Under the pieces are notes generated by a model. It was not told where the DNA came from. It did no database searches and worked only from the letters and a program-made list of their open reading frames with translations. A stretch of 63,927 nucleotides of DNA, filler included, from Vannella sp. (lineage: Eukaryota), in the NCBI GenBank assembly GCA_023345925.1. It is 11 parts of 11 records of this genome, joined end to end, with 100 filler letters (N's around TTAATTAATTAA, not from the genome) between each part and the next. Parts side by side here need not be neighbours in the genome. Positions count along the whole stretch, not along the records: positions 14,383 to 24,774 come from JAJQQN010001079.1; positions 24,875 to 31,328 come from JAJQQN010000493.1; 9 more parts are not named here. One strand, written 5' to 3'. Shown piece after piece: positions 19,373 through 30,538 of this stretch (positions within the stretch are counted from its first letter, which is position 1; every line of letters starts with the position of its first letter). The position numbers and the translations under genes are program-made.

Positions 19373-21953
19373 TCAGTTTTCTGAAGCAAATTGAGACCAA
19401 TCCATGTCGAGGGTTTGAATGTCGGCCCAGAAGGGAAGCTGGTCTCGATAGTGGGGACTTGTTGGGTCTCCACTTTCACCTCCTGGAAGGACCATTTGAT
19501 TAGGGACTTGGCCGCTCATATCAGCAATGAAACGAAGAGATGGGCCGGCCAAGACTGGCCCTCGAATCCCAGATGCGTGAGCCGCATTTGGCGTGTACCC
19601 TGATCCTCCTACAGACACAAATAGATTATCTTGAAGGAAAGTGGTTAGAAGAGGTCTCTGGCTTCTGTCAGGTTTACCTTGGAAGGGGACAGGAGCAATA
19701 TGCGGGAAGAATGCATCATGCGGGACATTGCCCCATGGAGGCACACGAACAGGGAATTTGCTGATCGCGCTAGAGAAGCAGGAAGAGGAATAAGCCACAC
19801 AGGTTTGGTTCCAATAGCTGCATGAAGCGTCATCGCCTTCTCCCGTTATCTGGGCCGAGTTGAAAACCAAAGCGGTTCGATAAGTATCTTCCCACGCGAA
19901 GCCAAGCTCAAAGAAGGTCACATTGTAAAGACAAGAGGTCCACTCATTGAAAAGGGTGGCTTCCTGGGAGGAAACTAAAGAGTTTCCGTCCCAAGAAAGC
20001 AGCTTCTCTTGCCACTTGAGATCGCTCTGGCTCCTTTCCAAGAGGATTAAACACTTCAATCATGAGAGGAAAGGAGATAAGAACAACTTACGATAATTGG
20101 AGTCCTTGAACGGAAGGGAAGAGATAAGAGAATAGTAAATCCACCTCAGAGCCTTGAATGGAAGACATGTAGTCAGCATCCAGCTTCTTCCCTTGGTTCA
20201 TTTGGTCTGTAATCATGTCAATGACACGTTGAGCACGGAAGCCAGGAGCAAAATTGCCGTAAATGGGGTTAACTTGTTCTCCATAAGGGGCTGTCGGATT
20301 ATTGGCGGTGACTATGAAACCCTGCTCGGGATTTACAAAGTTGAATAACTCTCCGAAGGGGATAATCCCGAGCCAGTCCTGCGAACCATCTCCTGGCTTT
20401 GGCAGAAGACCCTGGTCTCCAGCAGGCCGTTGGGGAATAGCACCGGAGGCATGATATCCAATGTTTCCCAATGTATCAGCATACACAGCATTGAAGCTGA
20501 GGCTCCACCATTTCCCCACGGCGGCAATGTACTGTTCCACATTACTGGCCATGCATTGATCCATAATGGCCTCTACAGAGGTCTCCTTTGGCCCCTGAGC
20601 GGTCCAAGCGAGGGAATAGAAGATCCCTGACGAGGTTGGAATGACTGGGCCATAGACAGAGCGGTACAAGGTGAGGTTGAGAGGAGCGGCATTCTTAATG
20701 GAGATGAGAGTGGAAGTGATTTGGTAAGACTGCGGCTTTCCTTTGTACATGTACTGGTCATTGCCAGGAAGGTTCTTCATCACAAACAGGTCCTGCGTGT
20801 CCGACTGGACCATGGTGTATCCCCAAGATACATTTTGATTGCGACCAATTCCAACGCCAGGGCACAGAACAAGAGTGGCCCCGACTACGTGGTTCCAACG
20901 AGAGTTTGGTGCGTCCAAATGAAGGCCAACAATAACCCAGATGATGGGAGCTGTGTAGGGTAAATGAGGGTCGTTGGAGAATATGGGCAGACCAGATGTA
21001 GTGTGCTTCCCACTGACTGCCCAACTGTTACTTGCGCGAGTGAGCTCCTGTGGGGGGAAGGCTTGGAGGAAGTCGCCCAAGTCACCTTTCAAATACTCTT
21101 CCTTTTTGTAGTTCTTTCCAGAGAAGGGCAACCAATCCTGCATTGTCTCTTTCTCTTGGTGTGTGAGGTGGATGGCCGATGGCAGGGCTTCATCGTCTTG
21201 GAAGAAACGTTTCAAAAGACTTTTTTGCTCCTTGAGGGTGTCGCAAGGGCGGATTGCTGCTCGTCCCTTCCGTACATTAGAGGGAGAAGCTCGTGAGTAG
21301 TTTGAATGGCTATTCGGTGGAGCGATGAAGGGCATGGCGGGGTCACGTGAGAAGAATTGTTCGAAGCGTTGAGAGCCCAACTTGGACAACATTTCCTGGT
21401 TGCGTGGCTCAGCACGAGCGTCACCGGAAAGGCCTGTGGCGAGGACTTTAACAAGTAGGAAGGTGTCCAAGATGGTGTACGGCGATGGGGCAGGGACTCC
21501 ATAGCGAGCATATTCAGGAGGGAGGAGCGTTGGATCTTCCGTCACTTTCTGAACGTAGGCGTTTACTCCGTTGATATAGTATTGGATACGGTCCAGGTAC
21601 TCTTGAGGGCTGTTGCGGATGTTCTCCTCGCAAACCTGGACCCACTGAAGCCGGCGGGCTTGAATGTCCACATCAATTGCGGCAGGCCAGATCTCTGCCA
21701 CTTGCCCTCGACCAGCACGACGGTAAATGTCCATCTGCCAAAGCCGAAGCTCGCTTACAACTAACCCTTGAGCGAAGAAGAGGTCGTTCTCGTTGGTTGC
21801 CGTGATAAAAGGGACGCCCTGCTCGGTGTACTCCACAGTGGCAGCTGTTCCAGTCGCTGGGTTGCTTATCAACCGATTCCTACTACTACCCGTTGCTCCC
21901 GGTGCCAAAAAGCAAACTGCACAGCAGAACAAGAGAGCCCACGCCAGCCGCAT
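19373..21953 (-). CDS. Secreted penicillin acylase / AHL acylase family Ntn hydrolase (peptidase S45); 2 introns
   Basis: Signal peptide, GVPFITA, FFAQG..RLWQMD, nucleophile SNSWAVSG, SNDPHL, GFIVTANN, GPSLRFIAD and LPGGESG..SPHYRDQL. Confidence 0.9.
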
Positions 21954-22052
21954 TCCCGTGAAGGACAAAGAATGGTTTTCTCGTCCCCTTTCCATTCATT
22001 TCCCGCCCAGTATTAAAATGTCTTTCACAGAGTGGAAAGCTATTTACCAAGC

Positions 22053-22111
22053 GGAAGGAATCGAATAATGAAATCGAATCGAATAATAATGGAAGGAAAA
22101 TCGAATAATGA
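22053..22111. promoter_or_regulatory. Direct repeats in the divergent acylase/uL13m promoter
   Basis: GGAAGGAA(AA)TCGAATAATGA at 22053 and 22091, with a third AATCGAATAAT between them. Confidence 0.4.
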
Positions 22112-22139
22112 GGGTCTATTTGCTGGTGATCTCGTCGCG

Positions 22140-23179
22140 ATGGTGGGCAAAGGGTTCATCGCCTCTGGTGCGCGAGTACTTCACCAAGTGGGTCTATCTC
22201 TGCCGTTTTGAAACTCTTCTTACCAGCGCTTGCAGAATGCTGGTGGACAAAGGAACTGGTTCTTTATCGACGCCAAAGAACAGGTTACCGGGCGCTTGGC
22301 TTCACAGGTCTGTTCAATGGGTTAAGAAGTGGAATAGGTATCCTTACTGGTAGCTGGTAGATCGCCAAGCTGCTGATCGGAAAACACAAACCCATCTTCG
22401 ATCCTTCGGTCAACTGCGGGGACAACGTCGTAGTGACGAATGCAAAGCACGTTACCTTAACGAGGAACCAATGGAAGAGGAAGCTGTATCGTTGGCATAC
22501 AGGTAAGACTGCTTCCTCTGCCCTCTTAGCCTCAGCAAAGGAGTGACCTTCCATGATTCCAGGCTATCCGGGCGGTTTGAAGGAGCTACCTGCCTGGCGA
22601 ATGAAAGAGCTCCACCCTGAGCGCGTATTGGAGAAGGCAGTGTGGGGAATGCTCCCCAAGAACAAGCTTCGTTGGCATCGGTTCCAAATGCTTCGCGTCT
22701 TCGCTGAGGAGGAGCACAAGCACCACGCACAGGCTGAACTTGCCACTGAGCTACCGCCCCACTTTAAACACCACAAAAAGCCGGAGGAGAAGCTCCCCCG
22801 TGATGACGATCTCGCTCATCTCCGCGAGTTTTACGTTGTCAAAGTGCAGCAGACCGACCAAGCTATCCGCGCGGATGCTGTTTACATCCCCACCTTGAAG
22901 GAGGAGGCCAAGAGAGAGAAGCAGATCCGCCGTTACATCAATCGCAGACCTACCCAAGTCCAAGATCTCCCCAACTTTGGCGAGTACGTCGTTGATGTCC
23001 ACAACGAAGCTATCAAACCCACCCACGGCTTTGATGATGTCCAATTGGTGAAGGAGGAAGTGGCGGAAGGCCGCGCTTCTGGTGAGGAACACACTCCGGC
23101 TTACCGAAGAGAGATCCCTGAGGGTTACAAGCTCTTCCCTCCTGCTCCCAACGCTCCCGAGGGCGAAAAGTCGCATTAA
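22140..23179 (+). CDS. MRPL13: Mitochondrial ribosomal protein uL13m with C-terminal extension; 3 introns
   Basis: [63 protein letters not shown]. Confidence 0.92.
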
Positions 23180-23233
23180 CAGACTGCACGGTTTCAATCA
23201 AGTCCACTTTCACCTTTGGCGGGTTTCTCGGGC

Positions 23234-24247
23234 ATGTTTCGGAGGCCTTTGGGGTTGGCTCTGTCGTCTTTGGGCTCTTCCTCCTCTTCTTGTTCATCGC
23301 TTTGCTACACTCCCTATCGAGGAGCTTCTACAAAGAAGTCATTGGAAGAGGGAGCCTCCTTCTTCTCCCTGCAACAGCAGATCGCCGATTACTGTCGCCT
23401 TGATCTTCCTGATAAAGCCACAGCAGCTTTGAGGCGGTTGAAGAAGGAAGGAGGAGCATGCAACACAGCATCTTATAATCAACTCATCGAAGTGTTTGCC
23501 TCTCGAAGGAGAGCGGATCGCGCTCAGTCCTTCTTTGACGAGTTGCGACGAGAACCCACCGAATCACCCGACGTGAACTCGTACAATGGTCTGATAAGAG
23601 CGTATGGAGCTTCAAAAGAGATCAAGAAAGCGCACCTGGTCTTCTCACAGATGGGAGCAGCCGGCCTCGCCCCCACGATCGACACCTTTAACGCTCTTCT
23701 GTCTGGATTTGTCACTTTGGGGGATGTGGAAGGTGGCCGAGCCCTCTTCCAAAGGATCCAGAATGAGTCTCGACCGAACCTTCAGACTATGAAGAGTCTC
23801 CTTCGACTGTTCGCCACTGATCTTTCAGAAGCTCGTTCCTGCTTCGAATCGATTCCATCCTTTGGATTGCAGGCGGACGAGGAATGTCACATTCTTTGGA
23901 TGCAAATCCTGGGTGCGGAAGGTCTTTACGGAGAGGCTCGATTGGTTTTTGAGATTCTGGAACAGAATAGTCAAGATTCTCCTTCGGCAGAGGCCTTTAC
24001 TGCACTCATTGGCGCTGCATTGAATGGAGAGGATGCTGACACGGCTTTCTCTTTGTACGAACAAATGAGAAAGAATGAGCGACAACCTTCCACACAAACC
24101 TTTGACTTGATGATTCACTTTTGCGGAGAAACAAATCGAATGCACGAAGCTTCCCACTTGATCGCAGAGATGGAAAGCCTGGGTGTGACACCCAGCCTGC
24201 GGGTCGACCGCGTGAAACAAAACCTTGGTCGAATGCTCATTCTTTAA
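23234..24247 (+). CDS. Pentatricopeptide-repeat protein, probably mitochondrial
   Basis: R/S/L-rich presequence. About 35-aa repeats PDVNSYNGLIRAYG, PTIDTFNALLSGF, AFTALIGAA and TFDLMIHFC. Confidence 0.88.
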   Translation: MFRRPLGLALSSLGSSSSSCSSLCYTPYRGASTKKSLEEGASFFSLQQQIADYCRLDLPDKATAALRRLKKEGGACNTASYNQLIEVFASRRRADRAQSFFDELRREPTESPDVNSYNGLIRAYGASKEIKKAHLVFSQMGAAGLAPTIDTFNALLSGFVTLGDVEGGRALFQRIQNESRPNLQTMKSLLRLFATDLSEARSCFESIPSFGLQADEECHILWMQILGAEGLYGEARLVFEILEQNSQDSPSAEAFTALIGAALNGEDADTAFSLYEQMRKNERQPSTQTFDLMIHFCGETNRMHEASHLIAEMESLGVTPSLRVDRVKQNLGRMLIL

Positions 24248-24301
24248 TGAGTCTGAATGGGCAAATAAGGGTCCCTAAACTTCTCTGGCTCATTGGAACT
24301 T

Positions 24302-24774
24302 TCACTTTTGTTCAAACATTGCAATTCGCCCTCCCAAAGACGCTTTTGGGCTGTTTCCAATAGTTGTTGGGTTTCCTTTCGCAGCTCCTCTTGTTAGCGT
24401 TGATGTTGATCCCCCTCTTGTTATTGATGCCGCACCTCTATTTGAGGATTGTGGTATTGCTGATCCCCTTGCAGCTCCTCTTGTTGCCGCAATTGGTGGA
24501 GTTCCTCTGTTTGAGCTCTGCGGAAGTGGTGATCCTCTTGGGGCTCCTCGTGTTGTTGTCGTTGATGGTGAACCTCTGTTTGAGATTTGTGGGAGGGGTG
24601 AACCACGTCTGGGGACAGGTTGTTGTGTTAAAGGCGTAGGGCCGTTGCTGGGTTGAACGGGACTTTCGCGACTGGCTTTCACTTGCCCCTTTTCGTTACT
24701 TTTTGCTTGTTGACGGGGAGAAACAGAAGCGCTTTGTAAGTGGCCTGAACTGATTGATCGTTGGGGGAAGCGCC
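24302..24774 (-). CDS. 3' fragment of a low-complexity protein with three 23-aa repeats
   Basis: RGSPLPQ(I/S)SNRGxxxxxxTRGAx repeated with 69-bp periodicity. Ends GGRIAMFEQK*. Confidence 0.6.
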
Positions 24775-24874
24775 NNNNNNNNNNNNNNNNNNNNNNNNNN
24801 NNNNNNNNNNNNNNNNNNTTAATTAATTAANNNNNNNNNNNNNNNNNNNNNNNNNNNNNNNNNNNNNNNNNNNN
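24775..24874. other. Artificial contig spacer
   Basis: 44 N + TTAATTAATTAA + 44 N. Confidence 0.98.
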
Positions 24875-25969
24875 CAAGTAGCAGCCTGACCTTACGTGAG
24901 CCCACAGCCGATCTACAAAGGGTGTGTTGATATTCAAAACTCATAAATATCACTTTCTTGCAATGTCAGATGACAGCGAATCAGAACCCTTCTGCCACCC
25001 CAAAACTACTAAGGTTCTCGCACTTGCTCGAGAGATTAGTCAGGACTGCAGTCCCCAGCCCACCTTTGGCCTCCAAAACAACGACTTTTCCTCAACTGGA
25101 GACCAGAAGAGCACAAATTCAGTTTCCTCAAGAGAATGTGAGGATCGAATGAAGTACAGCGGAGTTCCAGACTACTTGGATGTCCCAGCCCCAAAGACAA
25201 GGGTTTCTTCAATCACCCCCGCTCGGAACCACTAACAACCAGTCTTCAAGTGTTGTTGCTTGAAATCCAGGGAACTAGGAGAAGTCTCCGCGGACAGCAA
25301 ACCTTCTTTTCAAGCAGTTTTCCAGAAAGGAAAAACATTTTCTCCAAATTTGCCTTTATCGGGAACAAGATCGGAGCGATCGGGCTCCTTTCGGCGACCA
25401 TTCGCAGCATCCAGTGGCAGATGAGGCAGATAAAGCAGTGCATGATCGGGCTGATTGCATCACTTTTTTCCTCGCTTCTGTATCAACACGCTGATGACCC
25501 TCTCCCGCTTTTTCAACTTCAAATCAAGCCTCTCTCCTCGGCGAACTGAATCCCCCTCCCAGTATCTCACTGTGGTGGATGGCAAGGTCTGCCTTCGGGT
25601 CTTCCGAACATAACGAATGAAGGATCCATTCATTGATCGATGAAGGATGGAGGAGTCCTTCCCATCCTGAAGGTCGAGACTCAACTTAATCCGTCCATGC
25701 GAGCTCAGATGGGCACATTTCATCTGATAAACTTGGTTCTATCGATCACTTGAGGTAACAGGACTGGTTGCTTTGAGGTCACCTTAAGGAGAGCAGAAGC
25801 ATGGAACACACAATATGCTCTAGTGGTTGAAAGCGGCTCTGGAATGGTCGGCATCGTCTCTTGGCTTACTCTCGAATGGTCGGGATCGTCTCTTGGCTTA
25901 GAAGGTGAGAGAGTGAGCTCCACATCCACACACTTCGAGTTGCCCCAGCAATCACGTGGAATCCTCCCA

Positions 25970-26620
25970 GAAATGCTCACTATGGACTGCGAAATGATCT
26001 TTTGGAAGGAATGTTGGTGGTACACCATTCTCCTGCCAAGCTGTCCATGAGTGTTACCTCCACAAGTCTAAACGTGGCCATTGAAGTCCAGAAGAACCGA
26101 GAAGTCATCTCCTGCTCCTGTCCCCTGCAAAGAGCCAAGGAAAGTCAGGTTCTGGGGAATACGCGGTCATCGACGAGGGAGCAAGTCCTTCAACCCCCAG
26201 TTGGCTCTATTGGTGTGTTCCACAGCTCCACAAGCTGTCGTCGTCTGTTCAATAAGGGAGAACGTGCTTCCACACGCCACTGGCCTCACACAGCGGATGT
26301 TTGGTACGCAGATCGGGATTCTTGGTGTAGCACTCGTTGCTCCAATGCACGAGGAATCAATACTATTTGGGAGAAGGCCCTAGAGGCGGTTATCCTCTGA
26401 GATAAGGAGGAAATGATCTCGCCCTGCGGAAGCTGTGATGAAGGGAGATCATCCACCTTTTGGGAGATCGCGCCACCAGATCAGACGGAATCCTCTTGAT
26501 CAACAAGACCCAACTGGTCCATTCTCCCCACCAGCCCTGTGGACTGAGCACAGAGCCGATCGTAACTCCTCACACAAACATTGAACAACTGCTCCCACCC
26601 TGAAACAATGAAATGCTGTC
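25970..26620 (-). pseudogene. Decayed RCC1-repeat gene
   Basis: Fragments in shifting frames: DQLGLVD; ASAGRDHFLLISEDNRL*G; VACGSTFSL; SLWSCGTHQ*SQLG; GAGDDFSVLLDFNGHV*TCGGNTHGQLGR. Confidence 0.7.
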
Positions 26621-26813
26621 GAATTGATGGTGGCAAAGCTCCAACAGTGTAGTTACGATAAAGCTCAAAAGACAAACAACGAAAAAACTGTTCAATTTTT
26701 GCGTCAAAATTTGCTCGGAAAAGTTTTTGATTTTTCCACAGCGGCAAATGGTTGCTCCCAAGTCGCAATTTCTTCAGTAGCACACAATGAATTGCAAAAA
26801 AAAATCATATTAC

Positions 26814-27589
26814 ATGGCGAACAGACCAGTGTGGGCGTATGTGGTGGCAGCTTTCACTTTGTTCTTGCTCCTTCGTCCCTTCCTCCTTCCCCACCCGTCC
26901 TTCTCTCACACGATGACATCCGCACCAAAGTCGAGTAACATTCACTGGCATGAGGGAAACGTTTCCCGAGACGAACGCTGGCAATCTCTGCAAGTGAAAG
27001 GCCTCACCTTGTGGTTCACTGGTTCGTGTCCCTCCTGCTCCCTCCCGCTACCATTTCTCATCCTATGAAAGGCCTTTCTGCTTCAGGTAAATCTACTATC
27101 GCCTCTGCCCTTGAGCAGGTGCTGGTACAGCGCAAAGTCTTCACTTATCGGCTTGATGGCGACAACATCCGCTTTGGACTGAACAAGAACCTCGGCTTCT
27201 CCCCTGAGGACCGACAGGAGAACATCAGACGTATTGGAGAGGTTGCTAAGCTGTTTGCTGACTCAGGAGCAATCACACTGGCTTGCTTCATCAGTCCATA
27301 TGCCGCCGATCGCCTTGCTGCCCGTGAGATCCATGAGGCAAGCACTTTGCCTTTCTATGAGGTGTGGGTCAACACCTCCGTTGAGGATTGCGAGGCCCGT
27401 GACCCGAAGGGTCTCTACAAGAAGGCAAGAGCTGGAGAGATCAAAGGCTTCACCGGTATTGACGCACCCTATGAGGCCCCTGAGAACGCTGATCTTGTTC
27501 TCAACACCAAAGAATCCACCATCGATGAGTGTGTCCAGCAAGTGCTCGACTTTATCATCCAGAAAGGTGGAGCAATTCCCCTTCAATAA
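26814..27589 (+). CDS. cysC: Adenylyl-sulfate (APS) kinase; intron 27022-27071; alternative start 26913
   Basis: [73 protein letters not shown]. Confidence 0.95.
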
Positions 27590-27860
27590 ACATTCAAGGA
27601 GAGTACCTCGTGTTGAAACCAAGCAATTACTGGTGGAGCTATTTATAACTCAGATTGAAACTCAAATAATACTCGAACTGATCGCAAAGAATTGTGATCG
27701 ATCCAACGATTGGAGCCAGATTGTTCCATTTTGGGCCCAGTTCTCCACCAATTTTCTGTTGGTTGCCTCGTTGGCTGCCAAATTATCCGCCACAAAGCCG
27801 ACGAGTTCTCCCTTCTATGACCTTGATGTGCATCCTTCAACAATACATTACTTAACAACC

Positions 27861-28421
27861 ATGTTCTCTCACGCATCTCTCTCGCCTGAACAGTCAATCG
27901 CCCTGGGAGTCTTCCAGTCAAGCCTCCCTCAGCTCCACCTCCTCATGATGGGAGCAATGCCAGACCTGTCTACTCTTACAAAGCAAGATACCAAATTCTT
28001 CTTAGACAGCCATATGAGAACGGCAAAACTCCCTCGAGGATCTCATTGGTTGTGGAACCACAGCCGCGCCTCGATCGAGCTGAATGGCGCCGATGGCCTT
28101 TCAGTTTCCTTTTTCAAACTGAACACAAGAAAGCCCCGAGTTCTCTCCGATGAGGTACCTCCTTTCAAGATCTGGGTGTTCAACGTGATCCTCCCCAACA
28201 CCAACCGCCGAGTTTGCTTCTGCTGGTGCGAGAGAGGAGATCTCCATGAGACCCCCAGCCTTGATTGGGAGTTCCTTCAGCAGCTATCCTTTCTCCGACC
28301 CTTTGTGCAAGAGTCCTTTGCAGAAGAGATGGGCTGGTGCAGTTCCCCCTCCACACCAACACCTGTTGACTCAAAGCCTCACTTTCTCCCCAACTACGCC
28401 AATTTCGGTGTTTTCCACTGA
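27861..28421 (+). CDS. Hypothetical protein (186 aa)
   Basis: ACCATG start, intronless ORF of globular composition with a Trp-rich beta-like core. Confidence 0.65.
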   Translation: MFSHASLSPEQSIALGVFQSSLPQLHLLMMGAMPDLSTLTKQDTKFFLDSHMRTAKLPRGSHWLWNHSRASIELNGADGLSVSFFKLNTRKPRVLSDEVPPFKIWVFNVILPNTNRRVCFCWCERGDLHETPSLDWEFLQQLSFLRPFVQESFAEEMGWCSSPSTPTPVDSKPHFLPNYANFGVFH

Positions 28422-28493
28422 ATATAAACCATTTCTATTAACTTTGGACCCCTTGATGGGGGCGACTTGATGGGGACGCGCCTCTCAAGCTCT

Positions 28494-28873
28494 CTACTTC
28501 TTGAGCTTGCTCTTGAGAGAGGAGATCTCCTTCTCAAGGCCAGAGATACGATCTTGGATCTCCTCAGGAGTGTCAATGTCGCTCTCGGTCACCTCAGAGG
28601 CAGGCTTGAGCTGCACAAAAGTAAGAACACGAACGCACAGTTTCCTCCAACGATACGTACAGGCTGGGAAGCTTTCTTTTCTCTCTCCATATCTGCGATT
28701 TGTTGGCGCAGTTTGGCGACGAGCTCATTGTCATGCGACCGAGCACTCTTGTTCTCGTCCGCGTTCTCCTTTTGACGGAATCTGTCAGCAGTTCCACTCA
28801 TCATACGACCACCTTGAATGGCCACAGGAGCTGGGACAACGGCACAAGAACGAAGGAACACACGAGAGAGCAT
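28494..28873 (-). CDS. Mitochondrial ATPase inhibitor IF1-like protein; 1 intron
   Basis: Presequence MLSRVFLRS, FRQKENADENKSARSHDNELVAKLR, coiled-coil tail ...EISSLKSKLKK*. Confidence 0.65.
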
Positions 28874-28941
28874 GGAAGGCAAGGGAGAAATGAACAGACT
28901 GGACTCTTGCTGTATCATTACACTTTATATACACGTTCGAA

Positions 28942-30278
28942 TTAGACTCTCCAAGCTCCTGTCTGAGCCACTTCTTTCCAGACCCACTCGATCTCTTCGA
29001 TGTGCAGCCGAACGTGTCGGAAGACCTTCTGAGCCTCGAAGTCACGGAGCACGCGGATTTCACTGTATAGGAGGAGTTCTTCTGCGACTCTTCCGTCTTG
29101 TTTGGCGAGGAACTGCATCTCCAGCTCTCCTGCGAGCTTGGGTAGCGTGATGAGATAAGCCAGGAGGCGACCGCAGAGCTTCTCTGTCCTTGGATCATCC
29201 TCCATTTGCTCTTGTTTGCTACATATTGCGTTGACACACGCTTGGAGGTGCTTCGCAGTTTGCACCATCAACCGCCTTTCGGCAGGTTCAGGAGCCCCGT
29301 CCATCAGTTGGTACTTGTCTGGCTGGATCAAAGCAGGAGAGATCCACCTCAGGAACACTAAGTTACCCAACGCATTGACAAGGTAATGAGGGGCACTCTC
29401 TAACGTGCCCTCCTTGATGAGAGCGCATATCACTCGGATGTTATCAGGGCAACTGATTGGTTCTTCCTCCAGCTGCTCCATCAGAAGGTCTGCTAGTAAC
29501 TGAGGAGCATCAACAGGTGGGTTCTTAGCTTTGCTAAGCTTGGAAGCCTCCTGTATAACCGGATGAAGCACCCGTTGAAGGTAGTACTTGCCAACCAACT
29601 TGAAGTAGTTGGAGAGCATCTTGATGCGGAGACTGTCCTCACGAAAGATCGTGTTGAGGGAGGAGTTCTCAGTGTGGCAGTCAATCTCCTTGCGAAGAAC
29701 ATACTCAAAGAGGTTCCCAGTCCGCCCATTCGCCTCAAAGAGGATTACTACAGCACGAGAGACCTTCTCATAGTCTTCTGTAGCTGTTGTCTGCATGATA
29801 CACCGAAGAAGGATCAAATCAGGTCGCATCAGGACCTGGAAAGGTGACTGTGAGTGAAGGAAAGAGGAAGCAAGCAACTTACCGTCTCCACACTGGATGA
29901 ATCTACAATTTGGTACCTTAGTCGGGTGTTGCTTTGAGAGAAAGAGGTGCTCTCGTAGTGGATCTCATGCTTTGTGAGAACGGAAGCCACCTTTCTTTGT
30001 AGCTCTTGGATGGGGTCGTCTTCCCTCTCAGAGTCGATATCCTCACTTCCCCTAAGTTAGAGGGTATCTTGTGGATACATTGGTAGAACTCACACTCCCA
30101 GGTTCCTCATGTGAGCAGATGACTGCCAATCTTGGTTCGGGGGTGGAAGGAACCCGAGATAGATTAAGCGTTTCTTAGTCTCATCGACGAACTCTCGCAG
30201 GTTCTCTGTCTCATCGTGGTCCCTCGCTGTATCAAGAACCCTCGTCCTTGCTCTTTGGCGTTTAGGAGCCTTCTCCAT
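28942..30278 (-). CDS. RasGAP-domain protein; 2 predicted introns
   Basis: Arginine-finger region TIFREDS, GKYYLQRVL, LVFLRWISPALIQP and AKHLQACVN. Confidence 0.85.
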
Positions 30279-30319
30279 CCTCCAGCAAGCAGAAACTGGC
30301 TTGTTCAGAGGAGCTTTGT

Positions 30320-30457
30320 TTATTCCTCATGAGTACGGTGGATGCTTTGGTGGGCAGAAGGTCTCTGGTACATCCTCTTACACTTGATCAGCGACAGGAT
30401 GACCAAGAGAACTAACAGAACGTCGGTCCAGCCAAACACCAACACCGCCACCTCCAT
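30320..30457 (-). CDS. Candidate 45-aa transmembrane microprotein
   Basis: MEVAVLVFGWTDVLLVLLVILSLIKCKRMYQRPSAHQSIHRTHEE*. The stop lies inside AATAAA. Confidence 0.4.
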   Translation of the reverse strand: MEVAVLVFGWTDVLLVLLVILSLIKCKRMYQRPSAHQSIHRTHEE

Positions 30458-30538
30458 CCGCTTACACACTGGAATAAAGTGCAAGGGAAGGAGAAGAGGT
30501 ATTCATAAAGTACATGGAAAGAGAGGACCTAAGCTTCC

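Noticed and set aside
25970..26620. Alternative genetic code (TAG as sense) suggested by three TAGs in RCC1 repeats
   Set aside because: Frameshifts co-occur, and TAG, TGA and TAA all end intact genes elsewhere (e.g. 28494, 54977, 2729, 27589). Long ORFs have no internal stops.
27234..27860. 395-aa ORF overlapping APS kinase
   Set aside because: The 5' part is an off-frame shadow with a non-ATG start. The credible gene begins at ATG 27861.
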